A DNA stretch of 64,000 bases from Podarcis liolepis (taxonomy: Eukaryota): the NCBI GenBank assembly GCA_965112155.1, contig OZ218105.1. One strand, given 5' to 3'. This document shows positions 1 to 57,759 of the stretch, one piece after another; the stretch's first letter is position 1; each line of letters opens with the position of its first letter. Under the pieces are notes generated by a model. The model worked only from the letters and a program-made list of their open reading frames with translations. It had not been told where the DNA came from and did no database searches. Position numbers and translations under genes: made by a program.

Positions 1-527
1 CTTGCACCTCTTTAAAAATACTCCAGGCTGATTTGGTATTTAACAGTGCAATCCTGTGAATGTTTACTTGGAAGTAGGTCTCACTTGGTTCAGTGGAACT
101 TACTCTCAGGTAATTGTGCATTGGATTCCAGCCTCAGGCACCCAAAAGACAATATAGCAGAGAACTCTTAAACATACTGTTTATGGAGGCTAACCCATAT
201 AATCTAGGCTACTTGCATTTCTTTCCATGTGGTCTTGTAGGTCATAATCCAATTAAGATGTTTTAATTATATTTATTGCATTAATAATAACTAAACACAT
301 TGGAACTAATTCAGTACGTCTGGATTTCACAGCATTCTTTTCAGGGTTTTCATTCGAACAGTTGTTTAAGAGGATTCTGCTGTGCAGACCGTATTTTTAT
401 AGATTGCGTGCAGCAAATTCTAATCTGTTTTTCAAATGCCAATCATTTGTGCAGCTTACTTTTGAATTTTTTGGCATCTTGTGGATTATTTCAGCTGAAA
501 GCTTTTCATCAGTAGATTGACATTTAA

Positions 528-47522
<46,995 letters not shown>

Positions 47523-48370
47523 ATGCAGAGGGAAGTTTGCATTGTGCAGTTGGGAGAGCCTTGCTCCCTTAATGGGCAAATTAGCCTTCCAGCAGAAATG
47601 AGAATTGACCCTTCCTGGTCCTGGATTTCCAGTAATTCCCATGCTGCTTAACAAAATGACGCCTGTTGGTTCTTCTATCTTCAAGCATCTTTTCCCCCCC
47701 TAATTGACAATGCCAGGAAAAGTCTGAGATTGAAAACGTGTCAATTTTCACAGAACTGTATCTGCACAGAATCGGTGGACATCAATTTGAAATTTTCACA
47801 TTACGTGGAATTTGGATCTCTTCATTTGCCAAGGGTTTTTGTTGTTGTTTTTTAAGAAAAAGGAACAAGTCAAAGACCTTGAACTTTCCAAGGTGCAGAA
47901 CTGAGCAAAGGTATTGTGAAGAATTCTGGGAAACCTCAGGGCTGAGAATTCTTGCCCACAATATGCGAACTGTCCAGACTGGAATACTTTTTTTTATTAG
48001 AACACTTAAAAGCCGCAAAATGCTAATCACAATTTACAGAGAAAGATTAAAAAGCTATATTTTCAAAGCGCCTGTCATTTCAAAACAGAAAGTCCTCTTC
48101 ATCCATTTGTTTCCCTCCCCTTCCATGTGGACGTGTGAAGCATTGGATTGGAAAGTAGTTGTAGAACACCAACAGAGAACTTGTCTTTTTCACCAGAATA
48201 ACATGCCAGTTTTTTGTAGCAGTTGTTTTCCTCGGAAGCAAAAACAAGCTGCTTTGTACCAGAGCAACTCAAAGCTGAATTTAGAAGAAAATGTTATGTA
48301 ACCATACATGTTCCCCATTTTTATATAATTTATAAAGAAAGATTAAAGCCATGATGAATATTTTAAACCT
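47523..48370 (+). other. PTK2: PTK2 3' UTR (approximate end)
   Basis: Follows the stop and is free of transposons. AT-rich block TTTTTATATAATTTATAAAGAAAGATTAAAGCCATG resembles my recollection of the mammalian PTK2 3' UTR. Confidence 0.7.
48342..48347 (+). terminator. Candidate PTK2 polyadenylation signal ATTAAA (another ATTAAA at 48046-48051)
   Basis: Variant PAS hexamer in an AT-rich block. Confidence 0.55.
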
Positions 48371-49455
48371 GCCATTGGTGTGCCTGATTAAGGGATTATA
48401 ATGAAATAATGGGCAAATGTGATGTAATTGTTTCTTGGCAACTTAGTACAGAATTCTCTTCCTAAAATGTTTGTCTCTCTACTCCTCTGTAATGGTAGGT
48501 CGCCTTGTGTGGTATCAAACAGAATCCTCTCTGGAAACATTTAGGGGGGAAATCCCTAAAAAATGGCTCCTTTCCAAGTTCCTCCCTATACAAAGGACTA
48601 TGAATAGCTCCAGTGTATTTTTTAAGAATAGTGAAATAAGGATTGTCTTGGATGGGGGTAGACACAATTAGCATGAAATTAATTGTTAAGGGATTCTGGA
48701 CTCCTAGGAGTTTGAGGACTAGGGTCTAAAAGGCCTATAATCCTTGCCATTCTACACCACCTTATTGCTTTCACCTACCAGCAGTTCTTTCCTTTACGGG
48801 TTGGGGTGGGGAACCTCCAGTCCATGAAACAAAACATGGCACCATCAGGCTTGTCAGTACATTGAGGAAGCGCCACCATCGTACTTCAGGAGTGGTACAT
48901 GTGGGGCTCTCACCTTAGATCCAGCTGATGGGGAGATCTGATCACAACTTCAACATGCATGCCAATTCTTGTTACGTTTAATGAAGAAATTGGGGGGAGG
49001 GGGTTAAATTTAAATCCTTCTGCAGCAGAACTCAGCCCCAGATGCAACAAAACATGTCTCTCCTGTATTGGTCTCTTCAGCCACAGCAGGCGCTATAACT
49101 TTCCAAAAGTTTGACTTCATCCCTGAAGGTGCACTCCTCCATTGTTTGCAGAGGTGAGGGAGATAAGATTCACTACCTCTGCTGTAGAGAAACAATTTCT
49201 AAAACCATCAGGATGTAAACAGGAAAACTCTAATACCTAGATGAATGTTTCCCAAGACCCACTTCCCCTCTGAACTCCGCCTGTTGGTAACTGCGGGTGG
49301 CCAGAGGTCTGTTGCATTCATGTGCAGCTTTCAGGCTTCCCACAGGCACCTCGTTGGCCACTATTGTGCAAGATGCTGGCCAAATCCAGCAGACTCACCT
49401 CATGTATTACCAGAACAAATGAGCAAATGAGATTCCATTTACATGCTTTTGTATC

Positions 49456-49461
49456 TTTATT
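49456..49461 (-). terminator. RPLP1 polyadenylation signal AATAAA
   Basis: AATAAA 23 nt after the stop. Very short 3' UTR, typical of ribosomal protein genes. Confidence 0.85.
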
Positions 49462-49484
49462 AGCAAAGAGTACAAAAAGTTTGC

Positions 49485-49564
49485 TTAGTCAAAGAGACCA
49501 AAGCCCATGTCATCATCAGATTCTTCTGACTCTTCTTTCTTTTCTTCCTCTTTCTTCTCCTCAG
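49485..49564 (-). CDS. RPLP1: RPLP1 exon 4 coding part: (A)EEKKEEEKKEESEESDDDMGFGLFD*
   Basis: ttgcag| acceptor, universal P-protein C-terminus, TAA stop. Confidence 0.98.
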
Positions 49565-52500
49565 CTGCAAAATTAATATTGATTAGAATACAGAAATCTA
49601 AGTCCACCTTAATTAATAAACACCCATTAAGCTGTTTTAGCATGCACATTGGATGACTCTCTGTCGCAGCCCCTGTGGAACACCCACCCCAGAAGTGTGT
49701 GACGCCTCCACCGAACAGGTTTTAGATAATGCTGAACTGCTTTGCCCTGCCTTTTGACCCTTGAGGTGTATGCTTTGAGGACCAAACTTGTTAGGTGCAG
49801 ATTACCACCACACAAATTGTGGACAACCTAATTATCCACAAAGTGGAAAAAAGAGACATTTAAAGCATGGCTTGTTAGTCCCTTTTTGGGGAAAACTGCA
49901 TCCCACTTAAATGGATCTAAGGGCCTCCTAAATAAGGAAATAATTTCACTTACCGGGAGCAGCAGCACCAGCAGGAGCCCCTCCACCGGCTGGGGCTGAA
50001 GCCGCTGGAGCACCGCCACCAACTCCTACATTACAGATGAGACTTCCAATGTCAATGTTGGCCAAGGCCTAGTCAGAATAAACAAGTTACTAAAAACACA
50101 AGCATATCAATTTGAGTGACAACCACCCATCGCACAGCACAAACTTAGAACCAGGTACTGCTCTAGAACTGCTAAGAGTTGTAATAGTAAAATCAGCACT
50201 GCCGTCCCCAGAATACATAAATCTGCCAGCCAAGCACCATATGTAGATACTTGGTGTTGGATTTCCATCAGCAAGGCCCTTGGTAAGGTATGATGGGAGT
50301 TGTGATCCAACAGCACCCTAAAGGCAGCAGACTAGAATATATTCTTTCCATAAATGTATTTCTACTAGATGACTTGTTTCTCATTAGTCTTACCTTTGCA
50401 AAAAGTCCAGGCCAGAAAGGTTCAACATTCACTCCGGCTGCTTTGATTAGGGCATTGATTTTGTCCTCCTAAACAAGCAAGTGTTAAGAAAATTATTAAA
50501 GAAATGAGGTAACAGATCATACTCCACCCCTGCCCCAAAATGCATTTATATGCCTCCATCATTAAATCAAAAGGCATTACTAGGTGCATAGCATATGTGA
50601 CATCCCCTATCTGAATAATTTGAAATTAATATCTCAAAATAGTCTGTAGTATCTACCCTCTTGAGTTCACTTCATATGCGTATAAATTCCAAGCAGGCAA
50701 GTGGAAGCCCGCAAGTTCCCAGAAGAGAATGGCAGCCCGTTGCTAGGCTGAACTTAGGTTGGTAATTATTATTTATATATATATATATGTGTGTGTGTGG
50801 GCTAGTAACTGTTGTGGCAAGACAAATAAGGCTGCTTTAGGAATCACCCTGACACTGGTAGGGTTGTTAAAACTACTTTCCTAATTGAGCCGTACCACCC
50901 TGTTGAAGAGAAAGTGGTTTTTTAAAATTATTTTCCCATTTCTACATGCTGAGCTTGGAGAACCTCTGCATACCCTTATACCGCATCGTCCATAGCCAGT
51001 ACTTGCTGCATGTAGCTGACAGGAAGATGTAGTCTGAAACACCTGGAGGGCACCAGGTTGGTGCAGGCTGCCTTAAAAGACAGCATAGGCTGAAGGCCCT
51101 ACACATTACATTTATAGATCCTAAAACGACATTCCTCCCCCCCCCCGCCTTCTGATAGTCTCCTAGCTTTGAGATGGGTAGCTAATTTACCACCCCTTTG
51201 CATGATGTGAAGATCCAACCCGCATCATCCTTAACCATTTGCGATGCTGGCTGGGGTTGATGGGAGCTGGGTGTCCACTGAGGACTGCCCCTAGTCTGCA
51301 GTGTTGTGGGATGAAGCAAAACACAGGATGAAAGCTAAACAGCTATAAGCAGCCAGCATCCTAGGGTCAGAAGAGCCCTCCTGGATGAGGCCAAAGACCC
51401 ATCTAGTCCATCATCCTGTCCTCATGACAGCCAGCCAGGTGCCTGCAGGAACCCGCAGGTGCTCTCTCAACCTGCAACTCCTATCAGTTGGTATTCAGAA
51501 GCATACTACCTCCCCCACAGAGGAATAACACAGCCACTGTGTCTACTAGCCATTGCTAGCCCAGCTTCCCACCAATTTGCCTAATCCCCCTTCTGAAGTC
51601 AGAGCAGTTTGTGGCTGTCACTACATGGGGTGAAGAGGAATCACATAACTGTAGCATTGAAAGGGATCCCAAGGGTCATCATGTGCAGAAATAACCCCCA
51701 ACAGATGGCCTCCAACCTCTGATTAAAAACCAAGGAAGGAGAGTCCACCAGGCGCAGAAACCTCCTACCCCTTTGCTTCTCTTTTCCTACAGAGCCAAAT
51801 GCTCACACTGATTTCTGGCGAGGGCAGCAAATATCCTCAATGTGGCTCCCCCCACGGGGCACATTGTTGGTGACCTTTTCTCACGGAGTTAAATGAAATG
51901 CTCTCCCCAGGGACACCTGCAATTTCAGGCGCCAGGAGAAAACCTTCGTTTTCTTCCTTTTTGTAAATATAAACCATATAATCACATACATTATTTTTCC
52001 CCCTTTCCCTGCCACCAAGCACTTCCCTCAGCTCCTCTCCCCGATGTCTCTTCACATACCTTCTCTACATATTATAAAGTTGTACATACCCTTACATATC
52101 TGTCCATCATGTTATTAACTGATAAATTTGTGTATGCTTATTCAAAACCTGTCAAGGAGTCCAGTTCTTTTTGTTGTCTTGAGAAAACGTTCGTTTTCGA
52201 CCTGCCTTTGCCTAACACCCTAATTTTAATTTTTGGAGGGGCATTGTTTTGACTGTGCACATTGTGATTTTTATCTTGTTTTTTATGCGGTTAATCGGAA
52301 GCCAGCATACGGATAAAATAAGTAAAATTAGCAGAGGGCTTTGCTGGATAAATGATAATAATAATTTATTATTTATACGCCGCCCATCTGGCTGAGTTTC
52401 CCCAGCCACTCTGGGCGGCTCCCAATCAAGTGTTAAAAACAATACAGCATTAAATATTAAAAACTTCCCTGAACAGGGCTGCCTTCAGATGTCTTTTAAA

Positions 52501-53343
52501 GATAGGAATAGCTGCTAATTTCCTTCACATCTGAAGGGAGGGTGTTCCACAGGGTGGGTGCCACTACCGAGAAGGCCCTCTGCCTGGTTCCCTGTAACCT
52601 CCCTTCTCGCAATGAGGGAACCGCCAGAAGGCCCTCAGCGCTGGATCTCAGTGTCCGGGCTGAATGATGGGGGTGGAGATGCTCCTTCAGGTATACTGGA
52701 CCGAGGCTGTTTAGGGCTTTAAAGATCAGCACCAACTGTGCTCAAAAATGTACTGGGAGATCTCTCAGGACTGGTGTTATGTGGTCTCGGTGGCCACTTC
52801 CAGTCACCAGTCTAACTGCCACATTCTGGATTAGTTGCAGTTTCCGGGTCACCTTCAAAGGTAGCCCCACGTAGAGCGCATTGCAGTAGCCCAAGCGGGA
52901 GATAACTAGAGCATACACCACGCTGGCAAGGCAGTCCGCAGGCAGATAGGATCTCAGCCTGCGTACCAGATGGAGCTGATAAACAGCTGCCCTGGATACA
53001 GAATTAACCTGCGCCTCCATGGACAGCATGGCTCCCAGGCTGCGCACCTGGTCCTTCAGGGGCGCAGTTACCCCATTCAGGACCAGGGAATGAGCTTAGG
53101 TCAAGCACGTGGCCAGAAGGGACACTTGAACCAGCGTGGCTGGGCCAGGCCTGCTCTTCCTTCTGCCCCTTTAGCTCCTCTCCCCGAGTGGCCGTTTTCC
53201 CTCCACGTGCCGCGATGTTCCGGCGCATGCGCCCTGAGCCCCTCCGCACGCGGCCTCCCCCTTTCCCTCACCGTGACGGTGACTTCGTCGTCGTGCAGGA
53301 TGAGGGCGGAGTAGATGCAGGCGAGCTCGGAGACGGAGGCCAT
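49485..53343 (-). CDS. RPLP1: 60S acidic ribosomal protein P1, complete 4-exon gene, 113 aa
   Basis: Exons 53343-53272, 50468-50394, 50068-49954 and 49564-49485 splice (GT-AG) to MASVSELACIYSALILHDDEVTVT EDKINALIKAAGVNVEPFWPGLFAK ALANIDIGSLICNVG...EESEESDDDMGFGLFD*. Confidence 0.98.
49954..50068 (-). CDS. RPLP1: RPLP1 exon 3: ALANIDIGSLICNVGVGGGAPAASAPAGGGAPAGAAAP
   Basis: gactag| acceptor, |gtaagt donor on minus strand. Confidence 0.98.
50394..50468 (-). CDS. RPLP1: RPLP1 exon 2: EDKINALIKAAGVNVEPFWPGLFAK
   Basis: gtttag| acceptor, |gtaaga donor on minus strand. Confidence 0.98.
52352..53090 (-). mobile_element. L2-type LINE 3' part inside RPLP1 intron 1
   Basis: SRLGYCNALYVGLP...HITPVL and RAFSVVAPTLWNTLP motifs, (TAA/TTA) tail. 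Confidence 0.88.
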
Positions 53344-53760
53344 GGCGGGCAGTCGGGGGTCGATGCGCGGTGCTAGTCGCCGGCTGGGAAATCGGCCTTA
53401 GCTTCTACTGAAGGACACAGCACCTTGCGCGCCTCGCTGAGGGAGCTTGGAGAAAGGGAAGGCCCCTCGCCGCCGACCGAGCTTATAAAGGCTGCCCCAG
53501 CCAATCCCGGCTCGCTCGCGGCGGGGCGCTCTGGCCAATAGCGGAGAGCGTGGCGGACGATGAACCAGTCGCGTTGCGGCGGGGCGGGCTTTAGTCGGCG
53601 GTTGGAGAGGAAGGTCAGATTCGCGCGAGAGCACGAAGACCAATCGTAGCGACGGATACTCCTCGGTTGGCGGCGGCCGCGAGGAGTCGAAGAGGCCAAA
53701 GCCAATCAGAAAGGCGGTTGTTACTTTCTTGCGTTGACGCCGTCTGGGGCCAAGAGGCTC
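53200..53760 (-). promoter_or_regulatory. RPLP1 CpG-island promoter with TCT/5'TOP start
   Basis: Minus-strand CCTTCCCTTTCTCC (53449-53462), TATA-like TATAAG about 25-30 nt upstream (53482-53487), CCAAT boxes at 53501, 53535, 53640 and 53702, GC boxes, NRF1 palindrome GCGCATGCGC 53223-53232 in intron 1. Confidence 0.88.
53272..53343 (-). CDS. RPLP1: RPLP1 exon 1 coding part: MASVSELACIYSALILHDDEVTVT
   Basis: Kozak gccATGG, donor ACG|gtgagg. Confidence 0.98.
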
Positions 53761-54164
53761 CATGGGTAATGTGTCTAGACTTCAGAAAAATCTAGAGTAA
53801 CCCATCGCACGTTCTGAGGAGAGAGATTCTGGTTACACACTGGAAACCATATTTAAATCCTGGGGGAAATGTAGGCGCCAGAGAACAATTATACGAGGGA
53901 AGGCGAGTCTGCGGCCCTTGCCAGGAAAAAAAATGAGAACCGTCATTTCTAAAAAGTTACTGAGAATTGTAGCTCTGTGTGAACCAGGATTCTTGGGGGA
54001 TAGATGTGTAGTATGCTTTTAATTATGTACTATTTTATTCTGTATTTTTATGCTGTGATATTCAGATGAAGGGCGGTAGGCAAATTTGAAAAATAATAAT
54101 AATAAGATGCCCCCATCCTTGAAAGCCTTGTTATCACTTCATTCAGGAGAGTCCCTGAATTACT

Positions 54165-54790
54165 CTGACGCTTCGCTGATGACGTCACGGAGGCGATGGG
54201 GTGGGGGGAGTCCCCGAACTACGTTCCCCGCCGCCTCCCTTCTTGCTTGGAAGTACAGTATCGAAACATCAAAGCCAACCAATGTATGTTCCTGTTCAGC
54301 GCCTGCGCAGTGCCTCCTTTGAGCCACCCACGCAAGCGGAGCCGCTTCCACCAACAAAGATGGCCACCGGAAGTCGAAGGAGAGAGGCTGTTCCGCGAGC
54401 CGCTCCGAACCCCGCCGCTACCTCTCAAACGCCTTGTGCGCATGTCGCATGAGGATGGGAACGCTTTTAAGCCTCGGTTGTTGCTCCGTTGCTAGGCGGC
54501 GTGGGAGTCAGCCAATAGCGGAGGAGGAAGGGGGCGGGCAGCTGTTTTTTAAACTCTTAGAGGGGCCCCATTCACAGTCCTGGGCTCATTGAAGTAAGCC
54601 GGAGCGGCCAAACTCCACCCCCCTCCCGCCACAGACACACCGCTGCCTCCCGATCAACGCTGCGTCGCTCAAGCCTTTGTCTCTTTCTTTTTTTCCTGCC
54701 TGGCAGAAGAAATGCAGGCAAAGTTGACTGGCCCTTTGGCGCCACTACTGAGAGGGCTACCTTAGCAACACGCGCCAATGCTCAGAGATC
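54165..54790. promoter_or_regulatory. Second CpG-rich housekeeping-type promoter-like motif cluster with no obvious gene
   Basis: CRE TGACGTCA 54180-54187, ZNF143-like ACTACGTTCCC 54218-54228, NRF1 GCGCCTGCGCA 54299-54309, YY1 AAGATGGC 54357-54364, ETS CCGGAAGT 54367-54374, RFX-like 54488-54500 and 54756-54769, CCAAT 54512 and 54775, GC box 54531-54538. Confidence 0.7.
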
Positions 54791-55199
54791 GTTCTCTGCT
54801 CAGCATTGGGCTATGGGGAGGGGAAATAGGACTAGGAGGGAGGGAGGACAAAAACCTGATTTTTCGAGGAAAAAGTGCTAATTGGAAGGAGGGGAATAAT
54901 TTGGGTATGTGATCACCCCAGATCACACTCCAATATCTTCTCGGTGGGAATTTCCTGCTTTGCCCTGCTAGGACTTTTAAGTTTCCTAAGTTTCCCCAGT
55001 TCCTAGGGTCAAGTATACCTCTCTGAGGATAACGGGGTCCCGTCCCCCCAATAACTCTCATCACTCATAACAAACTATAATTCCCAGGATTCACTGGAGG
55101 GAAGCCAGGACAGTTTAAAGTGGTATCATAGTGCTTTAAATGTGTAGTAATGACAGGGCCTAAGACGAAACACACAAGCCATGCCTCTTTAGCAGGATA

Positions 55200-55429
55200 C
55201 AGTGGTACCTCAGGTTAAGTACTTAATTTGTTCCAGAGGTCCCGTCTTAACCTGAAACTGTTCTTAACCTGAAGCACCACTTTAGCTAATGGGGCCGCTG
55301 CGCCGCCAGAGCACGATTTCTGTTCTCATCCTGAAGCAAAGTTCTTAACCCGAGGTACTATTTCTGGGTTAGCGGAGTCTGTAACCTGAAGCATGTAATC
55401 TGAAGCGTATGTAACCTGAGGTACCACTG
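55200..55429. mobile_element. Tc1/mariner-pogo MITE, family A
   Basis: TA|CAGTGGTACCTC...GAGGTACCACTG|TA. Confidence 0.88.
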
Positions 55430-55966
55430 TATGTCTGACATGGCTGGAGGATGGAGTGGTGGCAGCTGGGTTGACGTGTCCTCAGTCATTCCATCTGCTT
55501 TCAAAGTTCTCTTGGCCTCCCTCTCTTCCAATCAAGGAACTGGGCCCCAGCAGCATGGCTTGGTGGGTCAGCTATGGCTTTGAAACTGCTCCCACACCTA
55601 TAGCGGTTTCTGGCCTGGGTTCAATGCAGTTGCTGTGCTTGCCAAGCCAGCAACCGAAGCTCTAGCCAGCAAGACTAGGGGGCTGTGACTGGGTTGCCAA
55701 CTTTGCACCTTTGCAGTTTAATGTCGCTGAAAGGTCACAGCAACTTGCTGCCTTCTAGACCTTAGTAACACTTCGAGGCTAATAGGTAAAGTGACAGCCT
55801 CATTACGCCACAACCTTGTTGCCCCAGCTTCAGAAGTGGCATGTAAAAGGTCCTGGGTTCAATCTCCACCAGCATCTTCAAGTAGAGCAGCTGACAGAAG
55901 AGGAAATACTGAGATCGACAGACTAATGGTCTGATTCAGTACAAGGCAGCTTCCTATGTTCATTAT

Positions 55967-56155
55967 GTTGTTGTTGTTTAGTCGTTTAGTCGTGTCCGAC
56001 TCTTCGTGACCCCATGGACCAGAGCACGCCAGGCACTTCTGTCCTCCACTGCCTCCCGCAGTTTGATCAAGCTCATGCTAGTAGCTTCAAGAACACCATC
56101 CAACCATCTCATTCTCTGTCGTCCCCTTCTCCTTGTGCCCTCCATCTTTCCCAAC
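55967..56155 (-). mobile_element. RTE-BovB LINE 3' end
   Basis: MLGKMEGTRRRGRQRMRWLD...AWRALVHGVTKSRTRLND, (CAA)n tail, 11-bp TSD ATGTTCATTAT (55956-55966, 56156-56166). Confidence 0.9.
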
Positions 56156-56399
56156 ATGTTCATTATACTGTACTGCAAATAAGGCAGAAAACATAATTGT
56201 CCTAGGGCCTGTTAAAAATAGCTCACATTGGCTTCCCTGTGTGTGTGCCTGTGTATGGGCACTAGAGATATATTGCATTTATTTAGGCATAATTTCTAGA
56301 AATTCCGAGGATTATAAAATGTGGGTGGATGAACGAGGTATACTGTTAGGTGGATTTGTAACTGGTTAACTGACCAAACCTAATGAATATTCATTATCG

Positions 56400-56835
56400 G
56401 TTCCTTATGATCTTGGGGGAAAATTGACAAGTGAGGGTGCAGCAGGGTTCTGTCCTGGGTTGTTCAACATCTTTGTAAATGACTTGAAGGAATCGAGGGA
56501 ATGTTTATCAGATTTGCAGATGACACCAAACTGGGAGAGGTACCTAATGCCACAGAAGACAGAATCAGAATACAAAATGACTTCAACAGATTGGAGAACT
56601 GGGCCCAAGTTAACAAAATTAATTTCAGTAGGGACAGATGTAAGGTCCTGCAGTTATGCAGGAATAAATAAATGCACAAATATAAGATGGGCTAAACCTG
56701 ACTTAAAGAATCCAGGGGTCTTGGTGGACCACAAGCTTAACATGAGTCAACGGTGTGATGCAGCCGCAAAAAAGCTAATGCATCAACAGAAATATGTTCT
56801 GATCAAGAGAAGTAACAGTCCCACTCTATTCTGGC
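56400..56835 (+). mobile_element. Decayed CR1 LINE RT fragment
   Basis: LFNIFVNDL, FADDTKL (other frame), [20 protein letters not shown]. Confidence 0.82.
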
Positions 56836-57759
56836 AGGGAGGTCAGAATTGCTCCAGAACACAAAACCCAATTGTTAGGGATAACCCAACATTGCAAAGA
56901 GTTCACTTGGTGGAAAGAGACAGTAACATAGGTATGAGATGATCTTCTTGGGGTTGAGGCATTCTTTCATAGATGGGACAATACCACTGAAAAGACTCAG
57001 AAACAGGTGCCAAAAATAGTATTTTGTAAATGGGCATAGTTGGACTGGACTGTAGTATCCGCCTTCAAATATCACCATCATCACCACCATTTGATATTTA
57101 TCACCAGCAACAACTTTTTTCTCTTCAACATCTTCGTTTCTTTAACTCCCAGCAAGAAGAGCTTGTGTCATGTCTGAAAACTAGGTTACTATATAGTGGC
57201 TTTCATTGCTGAACTGCTGCCATTTAGGGTCTCTCCCCACCCTCAAGAAAGAGACTCGTGGTCCAGCTGGTTATCAAAGGGTGCTGTGCAACACCGTGGT
57301 GTGGCGGGAAGGTTCAAGGACAATCAATATTATATTTTGGGAATGCTCTTAAGTAGCCGCATCGCTTTATATTTTCTGGATGTCTCGTGGCCGTATTACA
57401 AAGCGGTGGTGTTTTATGTCCTAATTCAAGCACTGCTGTGTGTCGCTCCTTTCCGTTTTACTTTCTTGTCAATGAAAAAACATCGCCGTGGCCCGAGCAC
57501 ATTTTTATTCCGAAAGCGTAGCTCAGAGGGAGAAAAAAAAAAGTTTGAGAACCACTGAGCTGGAGTCTCTGTGGGGCTTTTTGACCATCTTTGTCGAACC
57601 CGAAAGTGTGAGGTGATTTTAAAAAGTACGCGCGCACACGCAAAAAACCCCCTTCCCCTCATGCTCTCTTCTTGTTTCTCGCTTCAAAAACATTCCAGCG
57701 CCTGGTCGTCTTGGGGGAAAAAAAGATTTTGGCTTGTGTGTGGGGTTTTTTAAGTTTAA

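Noticed and set aside
47738-48301. 187-aa ORF after the PTK2 stop
   Set aside because: Non-ATG start, lies in the 3' UTR, no recognisable protein features.
49565-53271. snoRNA genes in RPLP1 introns
   Set aside because: No convincing C/D or H/ACA architecture by eye. Candidate segments look like repeat fragments.
53101-53343. ORF-track 80-aa RPLP1-like ORF suggesting a truncated pseudogene
   Set aside because: The divergence after ...VTVT is read-through into intron 1. Exons 2-4 were found downstream and are intact.
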